A stretch of 63,253 bases of DNA, filler included, from 3 parts of 3 records of this genome joined end to end with filler, not necessarily neighbours in it; one strand, 5' to 3'; shown: positions 47,875-58,042, counted from the first letter of the whole stretch. Made by a program: numbers and translations. Notes: generated by a model from the sequence alone, not told the origin.

Positions 47875-47909
47875 ACAACTTATTTTTAAGTTACACAACT
47901 TATTTTTAA
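47875..47909. promoter_or_regulatory. Tandem 15-mer, candidate BlaI operator
   Basis: ACAACTTATTTTTAA at 47875-47889 and 47895-47909, just upstream of the blaI-like gene. Confidence 0.55.
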
Positions 47910-47940
47910 ATATTTCAACGTAATTTTAAGTTTAAATGAA

Positions 47941-48009
47941 AGTGTGTGATTTCTACACTTTTAAAATTCCACACTTTGTTGACCCACAGTGTAGATTTTT
48001 TTCTACACT
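47941..48009. promoter_or_regulatory. Candidate enhancer-binding-protein sites
   Basis: AGTGTGTG-ATT-TCTACACT (47941-47959) and perfect AGTGTAGA-N6-TCTACACT (47988-48009). Confidence 0.45.
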
Positions 48010-48104
48010 TATACATATTTTGATGTGATCTAAAATCAGTACTAATAATTTATGATGCTGATTATGTGTCTATTATACGACACACCGTCAATTAACTTAA
48101 ATTA

Positions 48105-48120
48105 TGGCACAAAATTCCCA
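48105..48120 (+). promoter_or_regulatory. Possible sigma54 promoter (-24 box good, -12 box atypical)
   Basis: TGGCAC-AAAAT-TCCCA upstream of a small ORF and near a sigma54 activator gene. Confidence 0.35.
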
Positions 48121-48152
48121 ATACTCTTATCTGAAAACAAAAAATAAAAACA

Positions 48153-48314
48153 ATGTTAGACCATACATTTATTAATAAACTAGCAGCTTTGGTAATTACT
48201 TCTTTGATTTTAGTAATTGGATTAGTATTGCTAAAGACAGCCAGTTTACCGGATGTAACGACTCCGGATAGTAGTGGTCATCAATTAACCATTTACGAAA
48301 AGACTATCATGTAG
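48153..48314 (+). CDS. 53-aa single-TM small protein
   Basis: MLDHTFINKLAALVITSLILVIGLVLLKTASLP...; A-rich leader; terminator downstream; not in the ORF track. Confidence 0.55.
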   Translation: MLDHTFINKLAALVITSLILVIGLVLLKTASLPDVTTPDSSGHQLTIYEKTIM

Positions 48315-48439
48315 TATTTCTCATATCAATAGGTATCGATCTCATAACACAACACACACAACACAAATCAACACAACAAAATTCGATACCACTTACTCTA
48401 GACTATTGTTACCATATATAGTTAAATGTAGTTCTAGGC

Positions 48440-48471
48440 TGCGGGTCAAAACGTTGACCCGCATTTTTTTT
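48440..48471 (+). terminator. Terminator after the small ORF
   Basis: TGCGGGTCAA-AACG-TTGACCCGCA plus T8. Confidence 0.8.
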
Positions 48472-48585
48472 GCCTTATTTAAACCTATTGGCTAAAATAT
48501 TAAAGCACTTTACTTCGTTTAATAAAACAGATGTTTTATATTGCCTGCTTGTGTTTACCTGTTGGGTTTGACATTTTAACTATTT

Positions 48586-49914
48586 ATGGCAAGAATTTTA
48601 ATTGTAGACGATGATACTTCCTTTGGGTTGATGATTGAAGGCTTTTTGAAAAGAAAAGACTTTGACACCGCTTATGTGAGTAGCTTTAATAAAGCTAGCG
48701 ATATCATTCAATCCTCTCAATTCGATTTGGTTTTAACCGATTACCGACTTGATAATGGTACTGGTTTAGATCTGATTCCCATAATTAAACAACAAAATAG
48801 TAAAACTCCGGTAGTTTTAATCACCGCCTATTCTGATATTCGTATTGCTGTAAATGCCATAAAACTAGGTGCATTTGAATATATTGCCAAGCCGGTTAAT
48901 CCGGATGAATTACTACACGTTATCAAACGAGGAATAAGCAAAAAAAACAATGCGAAAGAAGTTCCTATTGAAAAAACCGAAAGTAAGTACATCAAAGGCA
49001 TTAGTAGATACGCAGAACAAATTGACCAACAAATTGAGCTAATATCCGGCACAGAATTATCTGTTTTAATCTTAGGCGAAAGTGGTGTGGGAAAAGAGTT
49101 TGTTGCGCAACGAATTCATGAATTGAGTAATAGAAGTCATAAACCATTTGTAGCCGTAGATTGCGGTGCCTTGCATACTGACATTGCCAGCAGCGAGCTA
49201 TTTGGACATAAAAAAGGATCGTTTACAGGAGCACTTGAAGACAAAGAAGGCCATTTTGAAAATGTAAAAGACGGCACCATCTTTTTAGACGAAATAGGTA
49301 ATTTAAGCTACGACGTTCAGGTAAAATTATTGCGAGCCATTCAGGAAAGAAAAGGGCGAAGATTGGGATGTAATGATGAATATCCTATTCATTGCCGTAT
49401 CATTGCCGCCACCAACGAAGATCTGCGAACAACCTCATTCAGTGGAAAATTCAGGGAAGATTTATATCACCGCTTAAATGAGTTTTCTATTAACCTGCTT
49501 CCTTTGCGAGATCGTAAAGAAGATATAGCAGTGTATGGGAAACGATTTTTAGAGATGGCTTCGAAGGAATTCAGCAAAGAGAATATTCAATTAGGTGAAC
49601 AAGTAGAACGTATATTCTCGAGCTATGAATGGCCGGGTAATTTGCGGGAGTTAAGAAATGTAATCCGCCGGGCTGTATTATTATCAAGAGATTCTGAAAT
49701 TACACTTCATGAACTTCCTCCTGAAATTCAGCAAGCTCCGATTATTGCTGACGGTCCAAAGCAACTTAAAGACGCTAAAGCCCAATCTGAAAAAGAATTG
49801 ATTATTGAAACACTGGAACAAACCAAATACAACAAGGCAAAAACCGCACGTATTTTAGGAATCGACCGCAAAACATTGTATAACAAAATTAGCAGATACA
49901 ATATTGATGCTTAA
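48586..49914 (+). CDS. Sigma54-dependent response regulator (NtrC family)
   Basis: REC domain, GESGVGKE, GSFTGA, FLDEI, WPGNLREL, C-terminal Fis HTH. Confidence 0.94.
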   Translation: MARILIVDDDTSFGLMIEGFLKRKDFDTAYVSSFNKASDIIQSSQFDLVLTDYRLDNGTGLDLIPIIKQQNSKTPVVLITAYSDIRIAVNAIKLGAFEYIAKPVNPDELLHVIKRGISKKNNAKEVPIEKTESKYIKGISRYAEQIDQQIELISGTELSVLILGESGVGKEFVAQRIHELSNRSHKPFVAVDCGALHTDIASSELFGHKKGSFTGALEDKEGHFENVKDGTIFLDEIGNLSYDVQVKLLRAIQERKGRRLGCNDEYPIHCRIIAATNEDLRTTSFSGKFREDLYHRLNEFSINLLPLRDRKEDIAVYGKRFLEMASKEFSKENIQLGEQVERIFSSYEWPGNLRELRNVIRRAVLLSRDSEITLHELPPEIQQAPIIADGPKQLKDAKAQSEKELIIETLEQTKYNKAKTARILGIDRKTLYNKISRYNIDA

Positions 49915-49931
49915 TTCAGAAATTCATCTAT

Positions 49932-50234
49932 TTAATCGTCGCTTCTAAGTCGATTTTCAATATCCATATTTTGATGTAGTATTCGGATAATTTCTACGTA
50001 TTCTCCTGCCTTTTTAAAGAATATCAGGTGAGATTTTACTTTTGACATTCGGTACCCGGTTCTGATGAAATCCACTTTCCTGCACAAATCAAAGTTTTCA
50101 ACTACAAACTTAATCTCATCCATAATTAATTTGTGATATCTATCTGCCTGCTCGCGCGACCATCTGTGTAAGGTATAAAGCCATATTTTTTCTAAATCAG
50201 CAATTGCCTCAACACTTATACGATATTTCATCAT
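49932..50234 (-). CDS. parE: ParE/RelE family toxin
   Basis: AIADLEKIWLYT...W...QADRY, IIRILHQNMD. Confidence 0.88.
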   Translation of the reverse strand: MMKYRISVEAIADLEKIWLYTLHRWSREQADRYHKLIMDEIKFVVENFDLCRKVDFIRTGYRMSKVKSHLIFFKKAGEYVEIIRILHQNMDIENRLRSDD

Positions 50235-50476
50235 TACAAGTGTTTGCGGTGTAATGCGGCAAGATGATCCTCAGGATTGAAATCTTCAATCATTTCGCTT
50301 TTCTCTCCCTCAATTAAAGCTTCTCTGAGTTCATTTAATTTCTTTTCTTCTGATTCTAAAAGTCGTAATGCAGATCGAACTACATCACTTGCAGAACTAT
50401 ATTTTCCTGAAGCAACAGAAGAATTAATAAATTCCTCAAAATGCGAACCCAACGATATCGACGTATTCTTTCCCAT
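50234..50476 (-). CDS. parD: ParD family antitoxin
   Basis: NTSISLG, SGKYSSASDVVRSALRLLE, LREALIEGE. Confidence 0.9.
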   Translation of the reverse strand: MGKNTSISLGSHFEEFINSSVASGKYSSASDVVRSALRLLESEEKKLNELREALIEGEKSEMIEDFNPEDHLAALHRKHL

Positions 50477-50557
50477 GTTCTCTTTCTTTTGCTCCAAAGT
50501 TACCAAATATTGGTAATTGTTTCAAGTTGAAAATCATTAAGTAATGTGCTTTACATT

Positions 50558-53119
50558 CTACTTCAATACTTTTTCTAACTGTGTCAATTCTTTTTTAACC
50601 TCATCCCAGAATTCCTTTAAACCGACTATTTTTTGCTGTAACGCCTTCTTTTTTGACAGAGTGACTTTCTCATTTTCCAGATCTACCAATAAAGGTATTC
50701 CCTTGTTGATTTTAAACTGACGGAAACCGGTTAGCATTTTATGTGCTCTCTCCGAAATGATTAGATGTGGATCTTTGTCGTCGAAGGCCTTTACCATATC
50801 TGCAATACCTTCATCTGAATTATTCATAAAAGTATGAATGACAGAATGCAGAAAATCCTCATCATCACCCGTAAAAGACTTTACCTCCTCCAGGCTAAAT
50901 AATTCTGATTCTCCATTATTCAATTCGCTAACTTCCTCGTCTGATTTTTCTTCCGGCAATTCTTCAGCCAATGGTATTGATTTTTGCTCAAAAATAATTG
51001 CTAACTTTTCCATCAATTGCTTCTGTGTAAAAGGCTTTCTCATGACCCAAACATTATCTGCTTTGGTAGCTTCTTTTAACTCAGTATTTACCATATCTGC
51101 AGTTAAAAACAATACCGGTGTTTCCAATTTCTTTTTATTCCTAATAATATCTAAAAGCTGCAAGCCATCCACTTTAGGCATATGCAGATCTACCATAAAT
51201 AAATCGTAAGGTATATGGTCAATCGCTTTTAAAGCCGGTTCCGACTGAGATATAACATCCAGTTGCTCAACCTTATCATGTAGAATCCGATCTATTAACT
51301 GACATATCATTTCATCATCATCCACAGCCATTACCTTTTTATGTGCAAAATAAATTGGACCTTCTTCCTGCTGAATAACCTTTATCCCTTCTGTTTCAAC
51401 AAAAGGAATGTAAAAAGTAAAAGTGCTACCCTCTCCTTCTTTGCTTTCCACCTGAATACTACCTCCCATTGCTTCAATAATCTGGCGACTGATGGATAAG
51501 CCCAAACCTGTTCCTGAATATTTTCGGGATAAACTAATATTGACCTGGTTAAACATTTTAAACACCATTTTTTGCTTGTCCTTTGGTATGCCAATTCCAG
51601 TATCTTTTACTGTAAAATATAGCTTGACTTTTTTCTTTTGAATATCGAAATAAACAGAACCTTCATGCGTAAACTTAATGGCATTCCCAATTAAATTAAT
51701 AAGCACTTGTTTGAGTCGTAAAGAATCTGATTCAAAAAAGACAATCTCATCGTCCACTTGATAAGATAGATCGAGGTTACTTTGCTGGGCTTTTAATTCA
51801 AACAACTGATAAACCTCTCGCATCATCAGTTGGGCATTAATCCTGTCTTTATAAAAGGCTATATTTCCCGACTCCAGCATAGAAGTATCCAACACATTGT
51901 TTATTAAACCATTTAGATGCTCTGCAGATAACAATATCTTTTCAGAAACCAGTTGCTGGTCTTTACTTTTAAGCATGGCTGAGAGTTGCTCTGAAAAACC
52001 AATAATGGAAGTTAAAGGTGTTCTGATTTCATGACTCATATGCGCCACAAACTGTTCTTTAACCTTTAGCAGTTTATCCACCCTTTCTTTGGCTTTGATA
52101 ATGTCGTTTTTCAATTTTTGACTTCGGGTAATATCGCGGCTAATCCAGTAAATAAAAAAGAGCATCAAAAAGACAGCCGTGGCCAGCAAAATGATGATTC
52201 TATCTATCATCTTACTTCTCAACACTTCCAGTTCTGATCGTTTAGCCTGATTACGCTCAATTGTAGTATTATTGAGTCCGGTAACAATGGTTTTAATTTG
52301 ATCTGTTAAAAGTCGATCGAGTTGAATTAAGTCATTTTCATGCTCTTGTACACGGGTATTTAAATATTTCTCCTTTCGCTCGGCAGATTTTAAGCGGCTT
52401 TTAATCATTTCGATGTTTTCATTGGCGCGGGTCTCCCTCATCACAGTAGAATCAATTTGTCGGCTGACTACCGCTTCCATTTCCACCATCTCTTTCTTTT
52501 TCTTGCTTCCGCCAAATAAATCGCCCATACGCTTGAAAAATCCTTTTTTCTCATCCGGTTCTGATTGCACCAACAAAATGGTATCTTCCAATACCATATC
52601 TTGTTGTGCAGAATCCACTTTTAAACTGGTATAAGTATATTGAGTAACACTATAATCCACCGAATCGGATATCGATTTCAGAATATTTTCAGCTGATGCG
52701 GCATTCATTTTATTCAAATTGATCCGGATTAAACGATCCATTAACTGCTTTTTCTGCAAATAAAGATCCTGAATAGTTAATATTCCATTACGCTGCGAGG
52801 AATCAGGAAATAGAATTTGAAGATAGTTCAGAACTGCCAAAACAGAATCGTGCCGGTTAATATATTCTTCTCTGTATTGCTCCTCTCCGGTTATACCGTA
52901 AACGCGACTCAAGCCTTCTGTCTCTACAATATCAAATATGAGTTGGTTCAGGTATTTTAACTCGTATTCATGTCCGTAATCCTGATTTTGAACCCTTATG
53001 ATGGAAACTACCGAAAAATAAGTAATGGTAAAAATGACGATGACAATGGCCGCAATAATTCCAAAACCAAGCGTTACTTTCGTCTGAATCCATTTTTCGG
53101 GTACTATTTTTTTTGTCAT
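50558..53119 (-). CDS. Hybrid sensor histidine kinase (TM-HisKA-HATPase-REC-Hpt-like)
   Basis: MSHEIRTPL, NLIGNAIKFT, DTGIG, GTGLGL, REC domain (DLHMP). Confidence 0.93.
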   Translation of the reverse strand: MTKKIVPEKWIQTKVTLGFGIIAAIVIVIFTITYFSVVSIIRVQNQDYGHEYELKYLNQLIFDIVETEGLSRVYGITGEEQYREEYINRHDSVLAVLNYLQILFPDSSQRNGILTIQDLYLQKKQLMDRLIRINLNKMNAASAENILKSISDSVDYSVTQYTYTSLKVDSAQQDMVLEDTILLVQSEPDEKKGFFKRMGDLFGGSKKKKEMVEMEAVVSRQIDSTVMRETRANENIEMIKSRLKSAERKEKYLNTRVQEHENDLIQLDRLLTDQIKTIVTGLNNTTIERNQAKRSELEVLRSKMIDRIIILLATAVFLMLFFIYWISRDITRSQKLKNDIIKAKERVDKLLKVKEQFVAHMSHEIRTPLTSIIGFSEQLSAMLKSKDQQLVSEKILLSAEHLNGLINNVLDTSMLESGNIAFYKDRINAQLMMREVYQLFELKAQQSNLDLSYQVDDEIVFFESDSLRLKQVLINLIGNAIKFTHEGSVYFDIQKKKVKLYFTVKDTGIGIPKDKQKMVFKMFNQVNISLSRKYSGTGLGLSISRQIIEAMGGSIQVESKEGEGSTFTFYIPFVETEGIKVIQQEEGPIYFAHKKVMAVDDDEMICQLIDRILHDKVEQLDVISQSEPALKAIDHIPYDLFMVDLHMPKVDGLQLLDIIRNKKKLETPVLFLTADMVNTELKEATKADNVWVMRKPFTQKQLMEKLAIIFEQKSIPLAEELPEEKSDEEVSELNNGESELFSLEEVKSFTGDDEDFLHSVIHTFMNNSDEGIADMVKAFDDKDPHLIISERAHKMLTGFRQFKINKGIPLLVDLENEKVTLSKKKALQQKIVGLKEFWDEVKKELTQLEKVLK

Positions 53120-53198
53120 GATTTGTTGTTGATGCTATTTAGCCTGACAATTTACTTTATTTTTTAGCTTTATGCCAGTTTTAAAGGGTGTGTAAAAA

Positions 53199-53588
53199 AT
53201 GACAATAGAAGTAGTTTGTGCCATCATCAAACACAACAATAAGATTCTGGTTGCTCAGAGAGGAGAAAATATGCCTCATTCGGGATTATGGGAATTCCCG
53301 GGTGGGAAAGTTGAACAAGGGGAATCCTATGCCCAAAGTATTCGAAGAGAGATTTTTGAAGAACTGCATATGGAAATTCATGTGGAACAAGAACTTCCTC
53401 ATTTTAGCTATGATTATCCGGATAAAACCGTTGTATTAATTCCATTTATCTGTAGTACAGAAAATGATGCGTATGTATTGACTGAACATGCAACTATTCA
53501 ATGGCTAAAGACCGATGAAATGGATGAATTAGAATGGATTCCTGCTGATGTAGCCATTAAAGATTCTGTGAAGAATCTATTGAAATAG
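53199..53588 (+). CDS. NUDIX hydrolase, MutT/NudG-like
   Basis: WEFPGGKVEQGES...IRREIFEEL. Confidence 0.9.
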   Translation: MTIEVVCAIIKHNNKILVAQRGENMPHSGLWEFPGGKVEQGESYAQSIRREIFEELHMEIHVEQELPHFSYDYPDKTVVLIPFICSTENDAYVLTEHATIQWLKTDEMDELEWIPADVAIKDSVKNLLK

Positions 53589-53676
53589 AAAAACCACCAG
53601 GACGGAAAGTTATTTTGAGCTCACAAAACATTTCTTATTCCCGGTGGCCTACCTCCATCAAACCAATTTATTTATA

Positions 53677-53784
53677 TTAGACTATTTTAGTCTCAAGCCG
53701 ACGGGCTTTTACTTTGTTCATGAATAAATAGAGCTTATTTACATTCACGATTTTCAATTCTTCCTTCAGTCGAAGAAAGTAAAC
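53677..53784 (-). CDS. Possible C-terminal fragment of a gene cut by the gap
   Basis: Open frame of 35 codons from the gap to TAA. Confidence 0.35.
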   Translation of the reverse strand, partial: VYFLRLKEELKIVNVNKLYLFMNKVKARRLETKIV

Positions 53785-53884
53785 NNNNNNNNNNNNNNNN
53801 NNNNNNNNNNNNNNNNNNNNNNNNNNNNTTAATTAATTAANNNNNNNNNNNNNNNNNNNNNNNNNNNNNNNNNNNNNNNNNNNN
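53785..53884. other. Artificial contig spacer
   Basis: N run with TTAATTAATTAA at 53829-53840. Confidence 0.97.
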
Positions 53885-54200
53885 TGAGCCTCAAATTGAC
53901 AACTCTTCGAATCGGACTTTCAATCGCACCACTGCCAATCGGTAAATTCAAAGCCTTTACAGCTGGGAAAGCAAGGCGATGCCTATTACGTACAGAATAA
54001 TCCCGTTCTGTCCTTATGGCTTTGTGTTCCGGCCTCAACAAAGAGCCTGTACTGCTTGTACGACTATTGCCGATTCACCTTTTAGTAAAACCGTCGCTGT
54101 TTTGAGACCCTGGTTTTACGTTGCTTGGCTGATCAGCTTTTTCATCAGCACAGTTCATTTTTCTATTTGTCTCAGTAACAGAAGTTATCATGTTTTTACG
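53885..54200 (-). pseudogene. Degraded transposase fragment (ISLre2/ISKra4-like)
   Basis: LPIGSGAIES.IRRVVNLRL motif; upstream part broken by stops and frameshifts; upstream limit approximate. Confidence 0.65.
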
Positions 54201-54220
54201 CTAAAGAATAGGCCCCAGAT

Positions 54221-54375
54221 CAGGGCGATTGCATGAAATTTCGGCATAATTTTTGATTGTCTGTACGTTCAGGGTGTTATGCTGTTAACATGGTTTTATC
54301 CGGTATAAGTTGGATATTCAAAGACAGCACAACCAATTGAACTCATTAATTTAAAAAGTTCATGCGATTGCCCTG
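54221..54375. mobile_element. 155-bp MITE-like unit with ISAs1-like ends
   Basis: CAGGGCGATTGCATGAA ... TTCATGCGATTGCCCTG, 15/17 inverted match; non-coding interior. Confidence 0.6.
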
Positions 54376-54649
54376 AGAATACATGACAAAAGTTGAGCAA
54401 TATCCTCAGCTATTTTGATATCTTCTTTGCTATCTGAAGTTTCCTGAAAATTAAAACTGGTTTAAAGGAGGCCTAAAATACAGTTGGCATGAAAATTGAG
54501 GTTCATTTTTCATGCCTAATCAAAACATTCCTCTATTTAACATTTAAATTTATTTAAAATAGCATCCAAATAGTCCTTGAAGAGGTAGGTGTTTTTATGG
54601 TGTGTTTTGAATGGATAAGTTGTTGAAATCATAGCAAAAAAGGAGTATT

Positions 54650-55114
54650 GTGTCCTGTTTGTATTACGTTATTTGCTATTACCTTTGCAAGCTGAAAATA
54701 AAAGCACGATGGGCTTGCCTGCCTCTTGATTTCCGATTTTATATGATGAAAAAAGATATTGAGGAGAAATCTGCTACAGCCAAACGCAAAGGAAAGGTTA
54801 TTCCTTTTGAAAGTAAGATGGCACAGGCGGCCACAATGATAAAGGACATTCAAAATTATTATGGGAAACCAGTGCTTGTTGTAACAGAGAGTTGGCTTGG
54901 TAACGATGGCCTCTGGTCCAGGTTAGATCGTGGAAGTGACGAATCTTTTCACCTACTTTCTCGTATGCGAAAAAATATTGTGCTGTATGACTTTGTCCCT
55001 GTGCATACAGGCCCCCCTAAGGCTGGCCGCCTACAAAAAAATCTTTCGTCAAAAACCTGCTACGCATGGTTGCATAGCAAAGTGCTCAATAAATTTTCAG
55101 GAAACTTTAGTTAA
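54650..55114 (+). pseudogene. DDE transposase fragment (IS701/IS4-like)
   Basis: CLPLDFRFY, VLVVTESWLGN, LLSRMRKN blocks; truncated at both ends. Confidence 0.65.
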
Positions 55115-55202
55115 AGGGTGTCCCGGATTAAATTGGTAGCCTCAATTTTTGAAAACTGGATCATCGAGGTATAGCGACCTAACTCATGTTGTTTTCCTAT
55201 TG

Positions 55203-55496
55203 CAGACCTCGTAAATAAGGTGAAAATAGGGGTATTCTCATTGGACACTATTTATTTTAATAAATTCAATTGGTTGTAGATGTGCTTTTTTAATATTCTA
55301 TAATATGCTGTATTTATAGGTATTAATGACCCCCTTGATAAACTCAGGTTTTGTCAAGGGGGATGGAAATAATTATATATAATCAGTATGTTATAATTCT
55401 TCTTATCACGAATGTCCAATTATTAAGGGAGGCCTTCAAGCCCTTTGAATAACAGGGTTTAGGAGAATATTTTGATATTGCATTTAACGAGGTCTG
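55203..55496. mobile_element. 294-bp MITE-like unit / internally deleted IS
   Basis: CAGACCTCGTAAAT ... ATTTAACGAGGTCTG inverted ends; non-coding interior. Confidence 0.5.
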
Positions 55497-55845
55497 TATT
55501 GATAACAAAGAAATATCTTAAAAAGGCTCTGGAAAAACGGTAATTTTATATCATGTCACTTGGATTCGTGTCGACTGGTGGTGATATTTCACTGGGGGTG
55601 TTTTTATTTCGCTAAACAATTTATGCCCTTGGGAGTATGTGTTGTATATTGTGAATTTTTCAATTATTATAATTGTTAAAAAATCATGATGTTTTACCTT
55701 TATCCGTGGTAAACTAAATATCTTACATGAATTGTCAAAAAAAATGATATGGTTTGCATCATCCTTGCATTAATATTTTTAAATTTGTTTTAATCATGCA
55801 GGGTATTGGTATTTCACCCCATAATGCAATGTACTACTTAAAAAA

Positions 55846-56406
55846 ATGATATTGACAAAAAAAAAGCATATATGTTCAGGTTTTACTCTTATGGAACTGG
55901 TCATCGCCATGGGCATCATTGGTATTATAGCTTCTATTGCAGTTCCCAGCATGGTTAAATTGATGCCTGGGTATCGTCTGCGCAGTGCCACAAGGGATAT
56001 TGTTTCCTGTTTTCAGGAAGCCAAGATGCGGGCTGTTAAAGAAAATGCCACCACAGCTGTAAGGTTTGATATTACCAATAACCAGTACACGGCCTGGGTT
56101 GATAATGGATCGAATGAATGGGCGCTCGATACCGATGAAGTTGTTTTCAAACAGGTGTCCTTACCCAAGGATATCAAGTTTTGCACAGGTACCACTTCTG
56201 GCAATAATTACACAGGCACCTCATTTTCAGGCACTTTATCCCATACTTTCAGGTATAATTCCAGAGGGTTGCCAGCACAGGGGAGCACCGCCGGAGGATC
56301 CGTTTTCCTTAATAACAATCAATTAAATTACAGGCGTGTTGTTATCAGTTCTGCGGGTAATATCCGGGTTCAGAAAAGTAAAGACGGAACAGCCTGGGTA
56401 AAGTAA
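55846..56406 (+). CDS. fimT: FimT/GspH-like minor pilin
   Basis: G|FTLMEL prepilin motif; AKMRAVKEN; YNSRG; first gene of the cluster. Confidence 0.8.
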   Translation: MILTKKKHICSGFTLMELVIAMGIIGIIASIAVPSMVKLMPGYRLRSATRDIVSCFQEAKMRAVKENATTAVRFDITNNQYTAWVDNGSNEWALDTDEVVFKQVSLPKDIKFCTGTTSGNNYTGTSFSGTLSHTFRYNSRGLPAQGSTAGGSVFLNNNQLNYRRVVISSAGNIRVQKSKDGTAWVK

Positions 56407-56422
56407 ATGGTTACGCTTTTAA

Positions 56423-57028
56423 GTGGAGCGATATATGTATAACAAACACAAAAATAATTGTGCAGGCTTTACACTGGTAGAGATATTAATTGCCCTGGCC
56501 ATTACCGGTATTGTTTCTGTGGGCATTTTTTCTGTTTATAAAAATCAGCAGGATGCCCAGCTTGCACAGAAACAGGTCGTTGAAATGCAGCAGAGTTTTA
56601 GAATGGCGATGTATGTCATGACAAAGGAAATAAGGATGGCAGGTTACGACCCTGACGGAACCAATAACGCCGGGCTCATCAGTGCCGGAGACGGCAGGAG
56701 CGGGACCCCCATGGAATTCAGTTATATGGATGATGATACCGGCACGCTTAAAACCATAGAATATGAAATTTATGACGGGTATGGTGATGGAGATTCCGAT
56801 ATCGGAAGGAAAGTCGATGCAGGGTCGCTCCAGCCCCTTGCAGAGAATATCGCCGATCTGCAGTTTACCTATCTGGACAGTGATGGAAATGTAACGGCTG
56901 TTCTTTCAGATATCAGGTCTGTCACGATTAGAATTGAGGCTACAATTGACTCAAGTGCTACCAATTATTTCCAGGGCAACAACCGTATAGTAACCACAAC
57001 ATTAAAGTTCAGGAACCTTGGGCTATGA
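56423..57028 (+). CDS. pilW: PilW-like minor pilin
   Basis: G|FTLVEI; EIRMAGY; LAENIADLQFTY; FRNL. Confidence 0.82.
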   Translation: MERYMYNKHKNNCAGFTLVEILIALAITGIVSVGIFSVYKNQQDAQLAQKQVVEMQQSFRMAMYVMTKEIRMAGYDPDGTNNAGLISAGDGRSGTPMEFSYMDDDTGTLKTIEYEIYDGYGDGDSDIGRKVDAGSLQPLAENIADLQFTYLDSDGNVTAVLSDIRSVTIRIEATIDSSATNYFQGNNRIVTTTLKFRNLGL

Positions 57029-57429
57029 AGATGGCAGGTAAGAAAAATGAAACAAAAAAAACCGTTGCTGATCAAGGATTTACAATCCTTGAAGTTATGA
57101 TCGCCATCTTAATACTCAGCATCGGGCTTCTCGGGCTGACAAAAATGCAGCTCACAGCTATCAACCATAACAGCATCGCCATGAAATTTACAAATGCGAC
57201 TGCTCTTGCCCAAGGTCAGATCGAGTTATTAATGTCCATGCCTTTTGCTGATGTCGCAGATGATACTACAACCACATCCGATGGGTATACCATTGCATGG
57301 ACCGTCGCAGGTTCTGTGGATCTGGATGGTGATGGTGATGATGAAATAAAAAATGTTATAGTGGCTGTGAATGATCCAAAGGGTAAAAAAAGGGTGGAAA
57401 TCAGTTTTGCCAAGGCTGCTGATATCTGA
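57025..57429 (+). CDS. pilV: PilV-like minor pilin
   Basis: G|FTILEVMIAILILSIGLLGL. Confidence 0.82.
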   Translation: MKMAGKKNETKKTVADQGFTILEVMIAILILSIGLLGLTKMQLTAINHNSIAMKFTNATALAQGQIELLMSMPFADVADDTTTTSDGYTIAWTVAGSVDLDGDGDDEIKNVIVAVNDPKGKKRVEISFAKAADI

Positions 57430-57465
57430 TTTTTTTGATGGTATTTCCATCGGGGGAGGTGTGAT

Positions 57466-57969
57466 GTGAAAAATAGTGTTATCGGTAATGAAGATGGATC
57501 AACTATTATAATTGCAATGTTGATGCTTGCCGTACTGACTATCCTGGGAATATCATCTATCAACACCACTAGTGTTGAATTGAAAATCGTGGGTAATGAA
57601 AAATTATTTCAACGGGATTTCTATGTAGCCGACAGTGCATGGAAATACGGTGCGTACTGGCTGGAGGATCAATTCAGCCCGCCTTCCTTTGTAAATACAG
57701 ATTCGAATTTCACCGACGAGGAACTGGATTTGGTCAGAAATTATGGCGATGCAGCTCAAAACGATCTGAATGAAAGCTTTCTTGACGGTACACAGGATGG
57801 AACCCTTGACGCAATACCCTTTTGGTACAATTTACAGTTTAATAAAAGCGATGTCCTGCCCGGGAGCGGGAAAAATTATCGAAAATTTGAATACATTGTA
57901 AAATCCAGTGCAAACAAAACCCAGGGCATTGAAGTCCGGGTCGCTAAAGTATATAAAATCGGTTATTAA
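57466..57969 (+). CDS. pilX: PilX-like minor pilin
   Basis: NEDG|STIIIAMLML without Glu5; IVGN...FYVADSA. Confidence 0.8.
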   Translation: MKNSVIGNEDGSTIIIAMLMLAVLTILGISSINTTSVELKIVGNEKLFQRDFYVADSAWKYGAYWLEDQFSPPSFVNTDSNFTDEELDLVRNYGDAAQNDLNESFLDGTQDGTLDAIPFWYNLQFNKSDVLPGSGKNYRKFEYIVKSSANKTQGIEVRVAKVYKIGY

Positions 57970-58042
57970 TCGCATAATTCGTATGTAACAGTGAGATCGC
58001 CTGTCAATGTGACATATTAATCAACGCAGCGAGGTGTAAATA

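Noticed and set aside
48345-48382. AC-rich tract as a microsatellite or CRISPR-like repeat
   Set aside because: Irregular, with no constant unit or spacers; no repeat-spacer array or cas gene is visible anywhere in the window.
55750-55771. Sigma54 promoter for fimT (TTGCAT-CATCC-TTGCAT)
   Set aside because: Lacks the invariant GG at -24.
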